Positions 33,812 to 44,872 of a stretch of 64,000 nt of DNA are shown piece after piece (within the stretch, counting starts at the first letter, position 1; every line of letters begins with the position of its first letter). A program made the position numbers and the translations under genes. The stretch is from Nitrospirota bacterium. GTDB taxonomy: Bacteria > Nitrospirota > Nitrospiria > Nitrospirales > Nitrospiraceae. The DNA is taken from assembly GCA_963701855.1 (NCBI GenBank), contig CAVPBK010000004.1:1-64000 (forward strand), written 5' to 3'. The notes under the pieces are model-generated. The model did not search any database, was not told where the DNA came from, and was given only the letters and a program-made list of their open reading frames with translations.

Positions 33812-34792
33812 TCAGCGGAGCCGCCGGGCTATTGTCTCCGCCGTTCTCTTCGGATTGAGAACGACATCGAGCAAATAGAGGAAAGCATTGGCAGTAAGCC
33901 TGGCATTGCTCAAAGGGTGAGCCAGCGAGGCGAGCTTTCCCCGATGCAGGCTCCAAAACTTTCGGTCGCGTCCTTTGAAAACCTGCCACCCCAAGAAATG
34001 GTAGTACACTTTGAGGTGTTCACGGATATTCTCCTCCAGCTCCTTTTCGGTGAGATACTTCGGACCATACGTGAGAAGGTCGTATAGCCGCCGGGGGAAA
34101 TACGTCGTGACGTCCTCCGAATAGGCGCTCAATGAGCCCTCTCGCACCCGTTGGAACATGAGAACCTGGTGCACGAAACCGTAGTCGTGGTGTTCCAGAA
34201 ACTCGAGACAGACCTCCGAGTCCGCATGCAGATTGGATTCGTTGTAAAACGAGTGGCGACTCCGCACGATATCCGACCGGTACATCAAATTGGTGGGCGC
34301 TCCAAAGATGGATGGCGATCCTGGCAGGAGCCATATGCGGCACGCATCCCGCCCTGGCACGACAGTGCTGGGGTACGGCAGACCATCCCCGGTGACCTTA
34401 TTTCCCGCCAGATGATAGGCTTGGATAATTGCCACGCTGGGGTGTTCCTCCGCCAGGCGGACCATCTTTTCGAGGCACTCGGGGAACAGCCAGTCATCCG
34501 CTGCTACTACTTTGCAGTACTTGCTCACGGGGGAGATTTGCCGGAGTGCGATGTTATAACTGTTTTGTACGCGAACGTTGGTCTCGTTGTTGTGGATCCG
34601 GATCCTTGCATCGCGGGCGGCATACTCCTGAGCAATCTCGAGTGTTCGATCAGTGCTGCAATTGTTGACGACCGTATAGTCCCAGTTGTCGTAAGTCTGG
34701 GCGAGCACGCTCTCGATGCACTCTCGCAGATAGCTCTCCCCGTTGTAGACGGGGGTCACCACGCTTACGAGGGGAGCCTGCTTTGAATTCAT
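33812..34792 (-). CDS. Glycosyltransferase family 2
   Basis: VSVVTPVYNGE, NNCSTD, AADD. Confidence 0.92.
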   Translation of the reverse strand: MNSKQAPLVSVVTPVYNGESYLRECIESVLAQTYDNWDYTVVNNCSTDRTLEIAQEYAARDARIRIHNNETNVRVQNSYNIALRQISPVSKYCKVVAADDWLFPECLEKMVRLAEEHPSVAIIQAYHLAGNKVTGDGLPYPSTVVPGRDACRIWLLPGSPSIFGAPTNLMYRSDIVRSRHSFYNESNLHADSEVCLEFLEHHDYGFVHQVLMFQRVREGSLSAYSEDVTTYFPRRLYDLLTYGPKYLTEKELEENIREHLKVYYHFLGWQVFKGRDRKFWSLHRGKLASLAHPLSNARLTANAFLYLLDVVLNPKRTAETIARRLR

Positions 34793-35067
34793 CGATTTTC
34801 CTTGCGGTTCCCCATCGTATTTTTGCCCTCTCGACCATACGTGACCATCCCCCTTACGCAACGCCCAACTAGGTATGGCACGGCATCACTCATGAAGGAG
34901 GAAGTGCAGGCTTGAGACGCCGATCCTGAGATGGAAGAAGCGCTAGATACTGGTTTCACGAAGCGGCCAAGTAGGAAACCCGCGGCTCGTAGATTCCCTT
35001 TGTAAACCGAATCGCTGGCATCCAGCCGCTGGAAGACCAGGATCGCTGCTTGGCCCTGGCGACATTT

Positions 35068-36312
35068 TTACGTAACGCTCCAACGTTGCGGGAAAAAGGC
35101 GATTCCGTGCCGGCTAGTCGGCGTCCACCCGGACGCATAGATATTCGCCGGTTCCACCTCTAACACGGTACGCACATCCCCATCGTAAATCACTGAATTT
35201 TCCTGATCGGCGATCCACAGAGAGAAGTAGTACTGTGCCGGAAGCAAATTGAGCGAGTCAATCTCAACGTCGATGTACCCGTCCCCAGGCTCCAAGCGGG
35301 GAATGTCGAGTCCATGAGTGTCGGCGCCTGACTCCGTTATGAGTGTCCCCATGCTCGTGAAGAGTCGGAACCAAAAAACCGGATAGTGGACGGTCTTCTT
35401 GGCATAATAGTGCAAGCGGATTACCACGCTATCGCCGCACCTTGTCAGAGCGCGTGGCGTGCGGTCAGGGCTCAAATACTCAACTTTCGTGTATCGGATC
35501 TCACCGTTGCCCTGCCGACTCTTCAAATCCGTCAGCGTAGATTCCGCCGCCGGGCCGCCCGCGAAGCTAGCCATGTAGGCCAGGATAACCTCCTTGGCCT
35601 TTCCGTCCATGCGGACTTTGCCTCCGTCGAGCCAGATCCCGCGGGAACAGAGATTCTCCACCGCCGCCAGATTATGCGACACGAAGAGAACAGTGCGCCC
35701 TCCGCTCCTCAAGTCTTCCATGGCATCGAGACACTTCTTCTGAAACCCTGCGTCTCCCACAGCGAGCACTTCATCGACAATGAGTATGTCAGGTTCGAGG
35801 TGCGCTGCAACAGCGAATCCCAGCCTCAACCGCATTCCGGAGGAATACCTTTTTATCTGGGTATCGATAAACTGCTCGACGCCGGAGAAGGCAACAATGG
35901 CATCGAAGCACTTGTCCACCTGCTGCTTTCGCATACCGAGGATCGATCCATTGAGATAAATATTTTCGCGACCTGTCAGTTCTTCGTGGAAACCGGTCCC
36001 GACCTCCAGCAGGGCGGCAACACGCCCGCTTACCTTGATGTTTCCCTCAGTCGGGTATGTGATCTTCGACAAGATCTTTAGCAGCGTGCTCTTTCCGGCC
36101 CCGTTCCTTCCGATGATGCCCACGACCTCACCTTCGGCCACGTCGAACGAGACATCCCTTAGCGCCCACATTGACTCGGCTTCTTTATCGGGACGCCCAA
36201 ATGGACGCTTGGCTAATTCGATGATGCCTTCCCGGAATGTCCGCTGTTGCCTCCCGATCCGGTAACGCTTGGAGACATTCTGAATTTCGATGCTGTGTGT
36301 CAAAATAGCCAT
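35068..36312 (-). CDS. wzt: Polysaccharide ABC exporter ATP-binding subunit with C-terminal carbohydrate-binding domain
   Basis: GRNGAGKST, YSSGM..RLGF, VDEVLAVGD, VSH; ~150-aa C-terminal extension. Confidence 0.92.
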   Translation of the reverse strand: MAILTHSIEIQNVSKRYRIGRQQRTFREGIIELAKRPFGRPDKEAESMWALRDVSFDVAEGEVVGIIGRNGAGKSTLLKILSKITYPTEGNIKVSGRVAALLEVGTGFHEELTGRENIYLNGSILGMRKQQVDKCFDAIVAFSGVEQFIDTQIKRYSSGMRLRLGFAVAAHLEPDILIVDEVLAVGDAGFQKKCLDAMEDLRSGGRTVLFVSHNLAAVENLCSRGIWLDGGKVRMDGKAKEVILAYMASFAGGPAAESTLTDLKSRQGNGEIRYTKVEYLSPDRTPRALTRCGDSVVIRLHYYAKKTVHYPVFWFRLFTSMGTLITESGADTHGLDIPRLEPGDGYIDVEIDSLNLLPAQYYFSLWIADQENSVIYDGDVRTVLEVEPANIYASGWTPTSRHGIAFFPQRWSVT

Positions 36313-36318
36313 CCCTTC

Positions 36319-37110
36319 TCAGACAATATCGGCGAAGGCCTTTTCGGCGCTCTTGAAGTACAACACACTCGTGACGAAAAGCACTCCGGTGATAACGACA
36401 GAGAACATCAGGAGGTTCCAGTCGAGAACATGGCTTGGAACCACCACATACCGGAAGGCCTCGATAAGTCCGCTTAACGGGTTGAGGGCTAGCAGCCATT
36501 GAAACCGTTCAGGGACCATGCTTGCAGGATAGATAATAGGCGTAGTAAACATTAAAAGTTGGATAAGGAAGGGTATGACATATCTGATGTCCCGATACTT
36601 GACATTGAGCGCCGCGAAGAACGCGCCCAAGCTGAGCGAAAGGAGTATGAGCAGGACTACAAGCGCCGGCCAGAGAAGGAGATTCCAGCCTAGAGGAGTC
36701 TGGTAATAGACGATAAACCCTATAAGGAACACGGAGCTGATCAGGAAATCCATCAGGTTGCCAAGCGCGGCAGCAGCCGGGAGGATGACGCGGGGGAAGT
36801 AGATCTTCGTTAAGAGGCCGCTGTTGGTTACGAGGCTCATCCCCGCATTGGTCAGGGTTGAGGAGAAGTAAATCCAGGGTACCAGTGCGCTGAAGTAAAA
36901 AATCGGCCCGGGTATCCCGTCAGTAGGGATTTTCGCCAATTGACCGAACAATAGCGTAAATATCACCATGGTAAACAATGGCTGAATGACAGCCCAGAGC
37001 ACGCCCAATACGGTCTGCTTATACCGCACCTTTACGTCTCGCCATGCGAGAAAATAGACCAGCTCTCGAAAGCCCCACAATTCTAAAATCCACCTAGCAT
37101 TGAGTCCCAT
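36319..37110 (-). CDS. wzm: Polysaccharide ABC exporter permease
   Basis: RDVKVRYKQTVLG..W, KIYFPR, TPIIYP, LNP. Confidence 0.92.
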   Translation of the reverse strand: MGLNARWILELWGFRELVYFLAWRDVKVRYKQTVLGVLWAVIQPLFTMVIFTLLFGQLAKIPTDGIPGPIFYFSALVPWIYFSSTLTNAGMSLVTNSGLLTKIYFPRVILPAAAALGNLMDFLISSVFLIGFIVYYQTPLGWNLLLWPALVVLLILLSLSLGAFFAALNVKYRDIRYVIPFLIQLLMFTTPIIYPASMVPERFQWLLALNPLSGLIEAFRYVVVPSHVLDWNLLMFSVVITGVLFVTSVLYFKSAEKAFADIV

Positions 37111-37341
37111 ACCGCAGTTATCCTTTAGTGTTTCGCATTTCCTTACGATTTTTGGGTCTTACTATCCTTACCCATTTACCATTCACCTACACTCAGTGCT
37201 GTCCCAATGTTGAAGAAAGTAGCATTTTGTATCCCATAAGTGATTGATGCGAGTACCTACACATTTCGGTGCGTGATTGAAGCCGGCACCAGGTTGACAC
37301 GCTTCAATCGGTAAGCCAAATCCACCACCCTCTCGATTACG

Positions 37342-37998
37342 TTAACCAAGAACAATCTTCCGGCCATAAAAAGCTTCGGCGTATTTCCCATGCGCATTTG
37401 ATTCGATGCCTCGTAGTCGAAGAAGCGCATAGAAGGTATCTTCCGTAAACCACTGTCTGCTTCGTTGCGTAGAAAAGCCGTCCATGAGGTATTTCACTTT
37501 CTTTTCACAGAGGGCTTGCGTCAGTGGAACAAAGACGTTGGGCCGGCCAAGATCGCCGTCATACTTCGGTATCTCGTACTCGAGGATCTGATGCTTGCGG
37601 AAGGTATTCCAGGTCAACTCGCAGATCACCCGATGGTCTTGGTGCAGATCATGTCTATAATGGGTGAAGATCAGGTCGGGAGCTACCCGTTTCTTTAATT
37701 GCTCAAAAAACCTCTTTATCTCCGCTCCACGGTAGGGGAAGAAACTCTCCCCGAATCCCTTGGTGATGATGGTCTTCGCTTGCGCGTCCTTGAGAAAACG
37801 TCCTGCGCTAGACAGCGCCTCGCGCCTTCGTTGGGCCTTTGCGCTGAAGACGACCCAGGTTACGTCACAATTCATGTATGTTTGCAGGAGACGAAGAATT
37901 GATCCTCCACAACCAATCTCGATATCGTCAGAATGTGCACCCAAACAGAGGATGGAAAAACATGGTTTCTCGCCAGGATCTGGGATCAGCTCAAGCAT
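37342..37998 (-). CDS. PIG-L/LmbE family deacetylase
   Basis: GAHSDDIEIGCGG, RRREA, DLHQDH. Confidence 0.88.
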   Translation of the reverse strand: MLELIPDPGEKPCFSILCLGAHSDDIEIGCGGSILRLLQTYMNCDVTWVVFSAKAQRRREALSSAGRFLKDAQAKTIITKGFGESFFPYRGAEIKRFFEQLKKRVAPDLIFTHYRHDLHQDHRVICELTWNTFRKHQILEYEIPKYDGDLGRPNVFVPLTQALCEKKVKYLMDGFSTQRSRQWFTEDTFYALLRLRGIESNAHGKYAEAFYGRKIVLG

Positions 37999-38005
37999 AT
38001 CAGTG

Positions 38006-38800
38006 CTACTTCTCAGTTGGATGGTTTGCCTGCCACACCATCCAAGGCGTATCTCCTCTTGCATACATCTCATCGAGCCGCTGCTTATCCTTAAAGGTAT
38101 CCATACTGATCCAGAAACCTTCGTAGCGATTACTGATCAACTTGTTGCCCTTGATCAGTCGCTGAAAGGGTTCGTGGACCAATTCCTCACCGGGCCTCAT
38201 GTAATCGAAGATTTCCTTTCGAAAGACCATAAACCCGCCGTTGATCCAAAGCCCCGAGCTATTCAGATCCTTGATATCGGCCACGGATCCGTCGTCCAAA
38301 ACCTTGACCACGTGAAAACTCTGTATCGGACGGACACTCAGGAAACTACCGATCGCATTTTGCCTTGCGAAATCCTCTGTCAATGCCGGCAAATTGAAGT
38401 CAGTTAGGCCATCGGTATAATTCGCGAGGAACATCTCCTCGTCCTTTACATAAGACTTTACGGCCTGGAGTCTCTGCCCAATGTTTGACTGAGGTCCGGT
38501 CTCGACAAAGGTAATCGTCCAGTCATCAATGTCCGTATTGTTAAGACGGACCTCTCGCCCACCTCGGGCCATTGTGAAATCATTCGAGAGGCACTCATCG
38601 TAGCTCCGGAAATAGTTCTTGATGATATCTCCCCTGTATCCCAAACACAGGATAAATTCTTTATGGCCAAAGTGGGCATAGTACTTCATCAGGTGCCAGA
38701 GGATAGGACGGTATCCGATATTGACCATCGGCTTCGGGATGGAGTCGGAATATTCTTTCAACCGCATTCCCATACCGCCGCAGAACAAGACAACTTTCAT
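38006..38800 (-). CDS. Glucose-1-phosphate cytidylyltransferase (RfbF-like)
   Basis: LFCGGMGMRL, PKPMV.IG, WINGGF, MDTFKD. Confidence 0.88.
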   Translation of the reverse strand: MKVVLFCGGMGMRLKEYSDSIPKPMVNIGYRPILWHLMKYYAHFGHKEFILCLGYRGDIIKNYFRSYDECLSNDFTMARGGREVRLNNTDIDDWTITFVETGPQSNIGQRLQAVKSYVKDEEMFLANYTDGLTDFNLPALTEDFARQNAIGSFLSVRPIQSFHVVKVLDDGSVADIKDLNSSGLWINGGFMVFRKEIFDYMRPGEELVHEPFQRLIKGNKLISNRYEGFWISMDTFKDKQRLDEMYARGDTPWMVWQANHPTEK

Positions 38801-38833
38801 CGATTCCTCCCCTCCCACATCGTGCGGGGTTCT

Positions 38834-39754
38834 CTACGTTGACGTCGTTCGCACCAGTTCAGATCTGTACCATTCGACCGTTCGAGCAAGGCCTTCCTGC
38901 AACGAGGTTTTGGATTTCCACGTTAACCAGAATTCCGCCTTGGCCACATCGGCAACTCTGTCGGTGTTACTTAGGGCTGCGGGGCCTTGCTCAAAGATTG
39001 GTTCAACCGTCGCACCGGTCACAGAGACCAATTCGGCGACGACTTGGCGGACGGAGGTGGCGACTCCGGTTCCAAGATCGATAGTTTGTCCCTCGACGCC
39101 AGGCGTTGTTGCCGCAGCAAGCATCCCCTCGACAACATCCTCGATAAACACCCAATCGACACGACGCTCGGCGTTTCTTACCCTTGGAACTTTCCCTTGC
39201 AGCAATGAGAGCGTGCTGTACGGCACAAGCTTGGTCGGCCGCTGCCTCGGGCCATAGGTCATGAATGGTCTCACAATGACCACCGGCGTGTGATACATGG
39301 CGTGAAAGGCACGCCCATACAGGACCGTCCCCCACTTGGACAAGGCGTAGGGTGAAGTTGGTAGAGCATCATCCCCCACCCCGACTTCCGGTTCTTCTAA
39401 TGACCCGGTCAGAATGATTTTTTGGCAATTCATGCCGGCCGCAGCCGTCAATACATTCACCGTAGTCTCCAGGTTTCCCTGGAACGTCGGCAGCATCAAC
39501 ATCTTATCGGTCGACGCGTTCGTTTGGCCCGCGAGATGGATAACGATATCCGGCTTCGCTTCACGAAAAGTTGAATGGACGAAATCCGGACCTGTGAGAT
39601 CCCCGATCAGTACATGCGCCGGAAGTTTTGGCTGTGGCGATCGAGCCACTCCATAGACTTCTGCCCCGAGTTGAAGCAGTCGGGCCATGACGCTGGCACC
39701 AAGGAAACCCGTGATGCCGGTGACCAAGACTCGCCGCCCAGCCCATTGTACCAT
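38834..39754 (-). CDS. NAD-dependent epimerase/dehydratase (extended SDR)
   Basis: TGITGFLG, HLAG, YALSK. Confidence 0.9.
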   Translation of the reverse strand: MVQWAGRRVLVTGITGFLGASVMARLLQLGAEVYGVARSPQPKLPAHVLIGDLTGPDFVHSTFREAKPDIVIHLAGQTNASTDKMLMLPTFQGNLETTVNVLTAAAGMNCQKIILTGSLEEPEVGVGDDALPTSPYALSKWGTVLYGRAFHAMYHTPVVIVRPFMTYGPRQRPTKLVPYSTLSLLQGKVPRVRNAERRVDWVFIEDVVEGMLAAATTPGVEGQTIDLGTGVATSVRQVVAELVSVTGATVEPIFEQGPAALSNTDRVADVAKAEFWLTWKSKTSLQEGLARTVEWYRSELVRTTST

Positions 39755-39758
39755 GGCC

Positions 39759-40682
39759 CTACCGGACTACCCCGTTCCCGTCCTTGAGTACAGGGCAGAT
39801 ATCCCGCGAATTCTCGTGCGGCAATACAAGGTTCTCCGGGATCTTCGCCAGATCGCCGACACGATAGAAATCCCTCAAGGCGGTGCCGGTGCAGGCTGTA
39901 TCGATGTTGGGAGCACCGACCTTTGCGGCCACGTCGTCAAGATGGACGGTGCGAAAATCGATGCTGAATCGCGTATACCCCGAAGTGTTCGGAACACTGG
40001 AATGCAAATGCGCCGCAGAGAAGAGCAACACCCCGCCTTCTTTGGTAATCACCCGTATCTGCGGATCCAGCTCCACATTCCCGATGGGATGGGGTTGTTT
40101 CCTGGTATCTTCTTTCACATACTGTGCAGCATTCTTTCTGGACGTCTGCACATACTCGTCGTAGTTGAATTCCGGCGATTCATTGGCAACAGGCGTATCC
40201 CAGTAGCGACTATGGAATGCCATCGCATTGTCAGGCTGAACCGGAAAGATCGGAATCCACCAATTGATTTGACACATCGGTGCGCCGTACCATGTGTCTC
40301 TATGGGGGTGGAACGCATAGGCGATCCCCGCTGTCAAGAAATCGTCAGACGTCGATGTTCGCATACGTGGAACGTCAAAATAGGTTTTCTCTGGATCGCA
40401 GCCCATGTCCAACAACAGTTTCTGCAGCAGTTCCTTCGAGGTCGAATGGTTGATAAATTTCGGCTTGAGGACCGTGAGAATCTCAATAAATTTCTCGACC
40501 GAGACTTCGTGCTGAGCCGTGAGCGGATCTAATGTGCCGAACGCGTCACGAATCAACTCACGCGCCCACTCAATGAGGGCCAAAGAACTCGGTCGAGGAG
40601 AATACACCAGGAGTTGCCCGTCAAAGAGAAAGTTACGCCGTGTTTCATCATTCACCGTTGGATCAACATACAGTGCATTCAC
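39759..40682 (-). CDS. Hypothetical protein, putative Fe(II)/2-oxoglutarate oxygenase (PhyH-like fold)
   Basis: HRD(TWY)..INWWIP..LFS..HLH..N...TRFSIDFR: HxD...H triad plus RxS. Confidence 0.55.
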   Translation of the reverse strand: MNALYVDPTVNDETRRNFLFDGQLLVYSPRPSSLALIEWARELIRDAFGTLDPLTAQHEVSVEKFIEILTVLKPKFINHSTSKELLQKLLLDMGCDPEKTYFDVPRMRTSTSDDFLTAGIAYAFHPHRDTWYGAPMCQINWWIPIFPVQPDNAMAFHSRYWDTPVANESPEFNYDEYVQTSRKNAAQYVKEDTRKQPHPIGNVELDPQIRVITKEGGVLLFSAAHLHSSVPNTSGYTRFSIDFRTVHLDDVAAKVGAPNIDTACTGTALRDFYRVGDLAKIPENLVLPHENSRDICPVLKDGNGVVR

Positions 40683-40838
40683 GTGATACCTCCACGCGGT
40701 TTAAGGTTGTCCAGCTCACGAGTTAGTTGCTCATCACCTTGAAAACATTCCCACAGCCACTCACAGACCAGGGATCTGCGGGCAAACACGCGTCGAGCCG
40801 GCCTCTGACGAGCCCGTGTGGAGTAAATCAAACACGAT

Positions 40839-42176
40839 CTATGTCCCAATCCCTTCATACCGCGCAATCTCCCGCTTATCGAGAAATCGCCGCCCATCCA
40901 CTACAAGCGGCTGAACCTCCTGCCTTTTGAGTAGTTCGGGAAGAATTTCAAACTGCTTCCATCGCGTCACCAGCACAATCACATCGGCATCCTTGACCGC
41001 GTCCTCAAGCCCATGACAGAGCGCAATGGGCTGTCCCGTGAACACCTTAGCCGCCTCTTCCATCGCCGCCGGATCATAGGCTCTGACGACAGCTCCTTCG
41101 CGCAACAATCCTCGTACAATAGGGATAGCCGGCGACTCGCGCATATCATTCGTATCAGGCCGAAAGGCGAGGCCTAAGACTGTTACACGCACCCCTGAGA
41201 GAGAAGGAAAGTGTTTTTTCAACAGTTTGATAATCCACTCAGGCTGGTGCTTGTTCACCCGCAGTACCGCTTCCAATAGCGGCATGGATATTCCAGCTTG
41301 TTTGCCATGAACCGCCAGAGCACTCACATCCTTCGGCAAACAACTCCCGCCAAACCCACAGCCGGCGCTCAAGAACGATACGGCCCCCGGCCGATGGCGT
41401 TCCCCAGTCGGGAGAGTGACCGTCAAGTACCGGCTGGAATGGACTCCACTCATGACATCGACGACATCGATCCCGCCAAGAACGGCACAGAGATTGCCGA
41501 TTTCGTTCGAGAATGAAATCATCGTTGCAAGGAGCGAATTTGAGGCATACTTGATCATTTCTGCAGTGGCGTTGTTCGTACAGACGACAGGCACTCCCTT
41601 GAAACCATCATAGAGACATGCTTGTGCGTCGAGGCTGGCCTGATCATTCCCTCCCAGAACAATCCGATCGGGATTCATAAAGTCATCGATCGCTTCTCCC
41701 TCCGTAAGAAATTCTGGATTCATGCCGATTCCGAAGTCCACTCCCGCTTTTTTTCCTGAGGTCTCTTCGAGAATAGGCCGAATTACATTGTCCGTCGTCC
41801 CTGGCACCACAGTGCTCTTGACAACAACCCCGTGATAGCCGGGCTTCGTTTTCAACGCCCTCCCAATCTGCCGTGCAACCTCCTTGATGTAGGTCAGATC
41901 GATCTCCTGCCCGTTAAACGGAGTCCCTACGGCAATGAGCGATAAGTCGGTCGCATGTACGGCTTGCAACAGATTGGTCGTTGCCGATAGTCGCTTGCCC
42001 ACATTCTTCTTTAACAGCGCCTCGAGTCCGTTCTCAAAGATCGGAGGACGTCCCTGATTAATGAGGCTCACCTTTGCCTCATCGACGTCCACGCAGACGA
42101 CGTCATGCCCTTTTTCCGCCAGACACACTCCCGACACAAGTCCGACGTAGCCTGTTCCGAGAACTGAAACTTTCAT
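40839..42176 (-). CDS. ugd: UDP-glucose/GDP-mannose dehydrogenase family protein
   Basis: GTGYVG, AVGTP, KSTVVPG, NPEFL.EG, GFGGSCLPKD, D.RESP. Confidence 0.9.
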   Translation of the reverse strand: MKVSVLGTGYVGLVSGVCLAEKGHDVVCVDVDEAKVSLINQGRPPIFENGLEALLKKNVGKRLSATTNLLQAVHATDLSLIAVGTPFNGQEIDLTYIKEVARQIGRALKTKPGYHGVVVKSTVVPGTTDNVIRPILEETSGKKAGVDFGIGMNPEFLTEGEAIDDFMNPDRIVLGGNDQASLDAQACLYDGFKGVPVVCTNNATAEMIKYASNSLLATMISFSNEIGNLCAVLGGIDVVDVMSGVHSSRYLTVTLPTGERHRPGAVSFLSAGCGFGGSCLPKDVSALAVHGKQAGISMPLLEAVLRVNKHQPEWIIKLLKKHFPSLSGVRVTVLGLAFRPDTNDMRESPAIPIVRGLLREGAVVRAYDPAAMEEAAKVFTGQPIALCHGLEDAVKDADVIVLVTRWKQFEILPELLKRQEVQPLVVDGRRFLDKREIARYEGIGT

Positions 42177-42337
42177 GCCGTTGCCTCCGTCATACCGCCT
42201 GAAGAATATTCCAGACCCGCGCTGCTAGCCCTCGTTAACCACACCTCACGCCAGAAAATGTATTCTGAACGAGCGCAAAACTGATGACATTGCCATGGCA
42301 GACTCTCCCCGTCACAGTACTTCTAAGACGTACGCTC

Positions 42338-43450
42338 CTACATATCCTCTGCTTGGCGGTTATCCCCGTACCAAATCAAGGACCGTTTCATTCCATCATT
42401 CACCGACACTCGTGGATCGTACCCAAGATGGGTTCGAGCCTTCGTGATGATGGGGCAACGCCGGCTCGGATTATCCACAAGGTAACTCGTATCGTGGCTG
42501 GCCTTCCGTACAACTTTCCCTTTATACCCAAAGAGATCCCTCGCCAACCCCGCTAGCTTCTCAGCCAACTCGACCATGGAGATCTCCGGTTCTTCTACTC
42601 CAATATTGTAGGCCTCTCCGTTGTGCCCCTTTACCAACACTTTGTAGTAGCCAGTTACGGCATCTGCCGCATAACAAAATGTCCGACGGGGAGACCCGTC
42701 CGAGAGCATGACAATATCCCGGCCGTTCATGATATCTCTCACAAAGTCAGGGATAACGCGGCGATCGCTGATCTTCAAACCAGGACCATAATTGTTGAAT
42801 GGCCGAGCAACTTTGACCGGGATTCCCAATTGTTGCGCAAAGTTTACACACAATGTTTCTCCATAACGTTTCGCTTCGTCATAACACGCGCGTGGCCCAG
42901 TACAGGACACCAGGCCTCGGTAGGTCTCTGGTGTTGGGATATTCTCTGGAGAAGGATCGCCGTAGATTTCGCTGCTGGAAAAGAAAAGAAACCCTTCTAC
43001 AGGATGCCCCTTTACACCCTGAGACTGAGCATACTCAAGCAGCATCCTGAGCCCGTTCACGTTGGCATCCATCGTCCCGATCGGATCTTTTCGGTAATAT
43101 GTCGGAGACGCAATGGAGGCTGCGTGAACAATGAATTGGAAGTCTCCAATATCTGTAGGAAGCGGGTTGCGAATGTCATGACGCACCAGCGACAAGTGCG
43201 GATCTGCCTGGAGTCTCGACAACCATGTCGGCATCCCTCTGACAAAGTTGTCATACACAACGACGTGAATGGATTCGGCGTCTTTGCGCATCAGTGCGTT
43301 CCAGTACAACGCAGCCTGCACAAAATAATGCCCCAGAAACCCGGCCCCGCCGGTGAGAAGGAGCCTTTTACCTGACATGCGACCAAACTCTTCCTTTAAG
43401 TTGTCGCACATCATGTCCAGATCCGACTTCACGACTTCTTGTGCATTCAT
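42338..43450 (-). CDS. UDP-glucuronate decarboxylase (Uxs)-like NAD-dependent epimerase/dehydratase
   Basis: TGGAGFLG, ASIASP, SSSEIYGDP, GPRACYDEAKR. Confidence 0.85.
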   Translation of the reverse strand: MNAQEVVKSDLDMMCDNLKEEFGRMSGKRLLLTGGAGFLGHYFVQAALYWNALMRKDAESIHVVVYDNFVRGMPTWLSRLQADPHLSLVRHDIRNPLPTDIGDFQFIVHAASIASPTYYRKDPIGTMDANVNGLRMLLEYAQSQGVKGHPVEGFLFFSSSEIYGDPSPENIPTPETYRGLVSCTGPRACYDEAKRYGETLCVNFAQQLGIPVKVARPFNNYGPGLKISDRRVIPDFVRDIMNGRDIVMLSDGSPRRTFCYAADAVTGYYKVLVKGHNGEAYNIGVEEPEISMVELAEKLAGLARDLFGYKGKVVRKASHDTSYLVDNPSRRCPIITKARTHLGYDPRVSVNDGMKRSLIWYGDNRQAEDM

Positions 43451-43540
43451 GTCTTCATCCTTATTCGTTACCAAACACCGCGACTGAAACAGCCCTATCA
43501 ACTGTCTCTCTCTTTAAACAGCAATCTCCCAATCCACAGG

Positions 43541-44872
43541 CTACAAGATTTGCACTTCCGGAATAGGCACAATAAACTTGCCTCCCCACTCGCGGATATA
43601 TGATGTCTGCTCCATGATCTCCTCCTTTAAATTCCAGGGGAGAATCAGAAGGTAATCAGGCCTTGACTCCCGGAGTTTTGTCGGCGCATGGATCGGTATA
43701 TGGGTACCAGGGGTGTACTTTCCTTGCTTATAGGGGTTCCGATCGACGGTATAATCAAGGAAATCCGTTCTGATACCGCAATAGTTGAGCAAGGTATTGC
43801 CTTTCCCAGGCGCCCCGTAACCCGCGATCGACTTTCCCTCCCCCTTGATGCCGATGAGACATTCGAGCAGGTCTCTTTTTGTTTTTTTGACCTGCTGGTC
43901 GAACTGACGATATTGCCCTAATGTGGAGAATCCCGCGGCTGACTCCCGCTCTCGGAGAGCCTCGACTCTGGAAGAGACCGGCTTCGAATGATCTTCGCCA
44001 TGTCGGCCATAGATCCTGAGCGACCCTCCGTGGGTGGGAAGTTCATCGACGTCAAATAGTGTCAATCCATGCGCCGCAAATACCTGCTCGACGGTTAGGA
44101 ACGAAAAATACGAAAAATGCTCGTGATAAATCGTGTCGAATTGGTTTTCCTGCATGAGTTTCATGAGATGTGGAAACTCCATCGTAATCACACCGTCCGG
44201 CTTCAGGAGGATCTGCATACCTCCGACAAAGTCGTTCAAATCTGGCACGTGTGCCAACACGTTATTCCCGAGCAAGAGGTCCGCATATTTACCGGCTGCC
44301 GCAAGCTCCCGCGCAGTTGCCCTACCAAAGAACTTGACCATGGTCGGAATGCCCTTCTGCATCGCCACTTTCGCGACATTGGCGGCCGGCTCTACGCCGA
44401 GGACCGGGACACCCTTCTCCAGAAAGTATTGCAGTAAGTACCCGTCGTTACTGGCTATTTCCACTACCTGGCTCTTCGAGCTAATCCCAAACCGCTCGAC
44501 CATGAGATCGGTATAGGCCTTGACATGTTTCAACCATGTGTCCGCGTAGGACGAGAAATAGGCATACTCGGAAAAGATGTCTCCTGGGCTCACATACTCT
44601 TGCAACTGCACGAGAAAGCATCGCTCACACACATAGGTGTGGAGCGGATAGAATGCCTCCATATGGTTCAGTTGATGCGGCTCGATATGCGTTTGACATG
44701 GAGGGGACATACCGAGATCGACAAAGGTATGAACCAATGGCCCGGTACAAAATCGGCAGAGTGCGGCGGCAGCAATCGTTTTCCCCATGTGCGATCCTCT
44801 TGTCCTTATAGATGATTCCGTTAAAGCACTCTCGCTCGCATGCCCGTTTAGGGCTGAACTCGACACTATCAT
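43541..44872 (-). CDS. NDP-sugar C-methyltransferase (zinc-binding + SAM + C-terminal domain)
   Basis: CRFC, DLGMSP, CERCFLVQ, EIASNDG, IYHEHFSY, THGGSLR, GYGAPGKGNT; start may be ATG 44788. Confidence 0.88.
   Translation of the reverse strand: MIVSSSALNGHASESALTESSIRTRGSHMGKTIAAAALCRFCTGPLVHTFVDLGMSPPCQTHIEPHQLNHMEAFYPLHTYVCERCFLVQLQEYVSPGDIFSEYAYFSSYADTWLKHVKAYTDLMVERFGISSKSQVVEIASNDGYLLQYFLEKGVPVLGVEPAANVAKVAMQKGIPTMVKFFGRATARELAAAGKYADLLLGNNVLAHVPDLNDFVGGMQILLKPDGVITMEFPHLMKLMQENQFDTIYHEHFSYFSFLTVEQVFAAHGLTLFDVDELPTHGGSLRIYGRHGEDHSKPVSSRVEALRERESAAGFSTLGQYRQFDQQVKKTKRDLLECLIGIKGEGKSIAGYGAPGKGNTLLNYCGIRTDFLDYTVDRNPYKQGKYTPGTHIPIHAPTKLRESRPDYLLILPWNLKEEIMEQTSYIREWGGKFIVPIPEVQIL

Noticed and set aside
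35386..43375. Long plus-strand ORFs (e.g. 35386-36081, 39687-40532, 42623-43375)
   Set aside because: Antisense to well-supported genes and lack recognisable motifs
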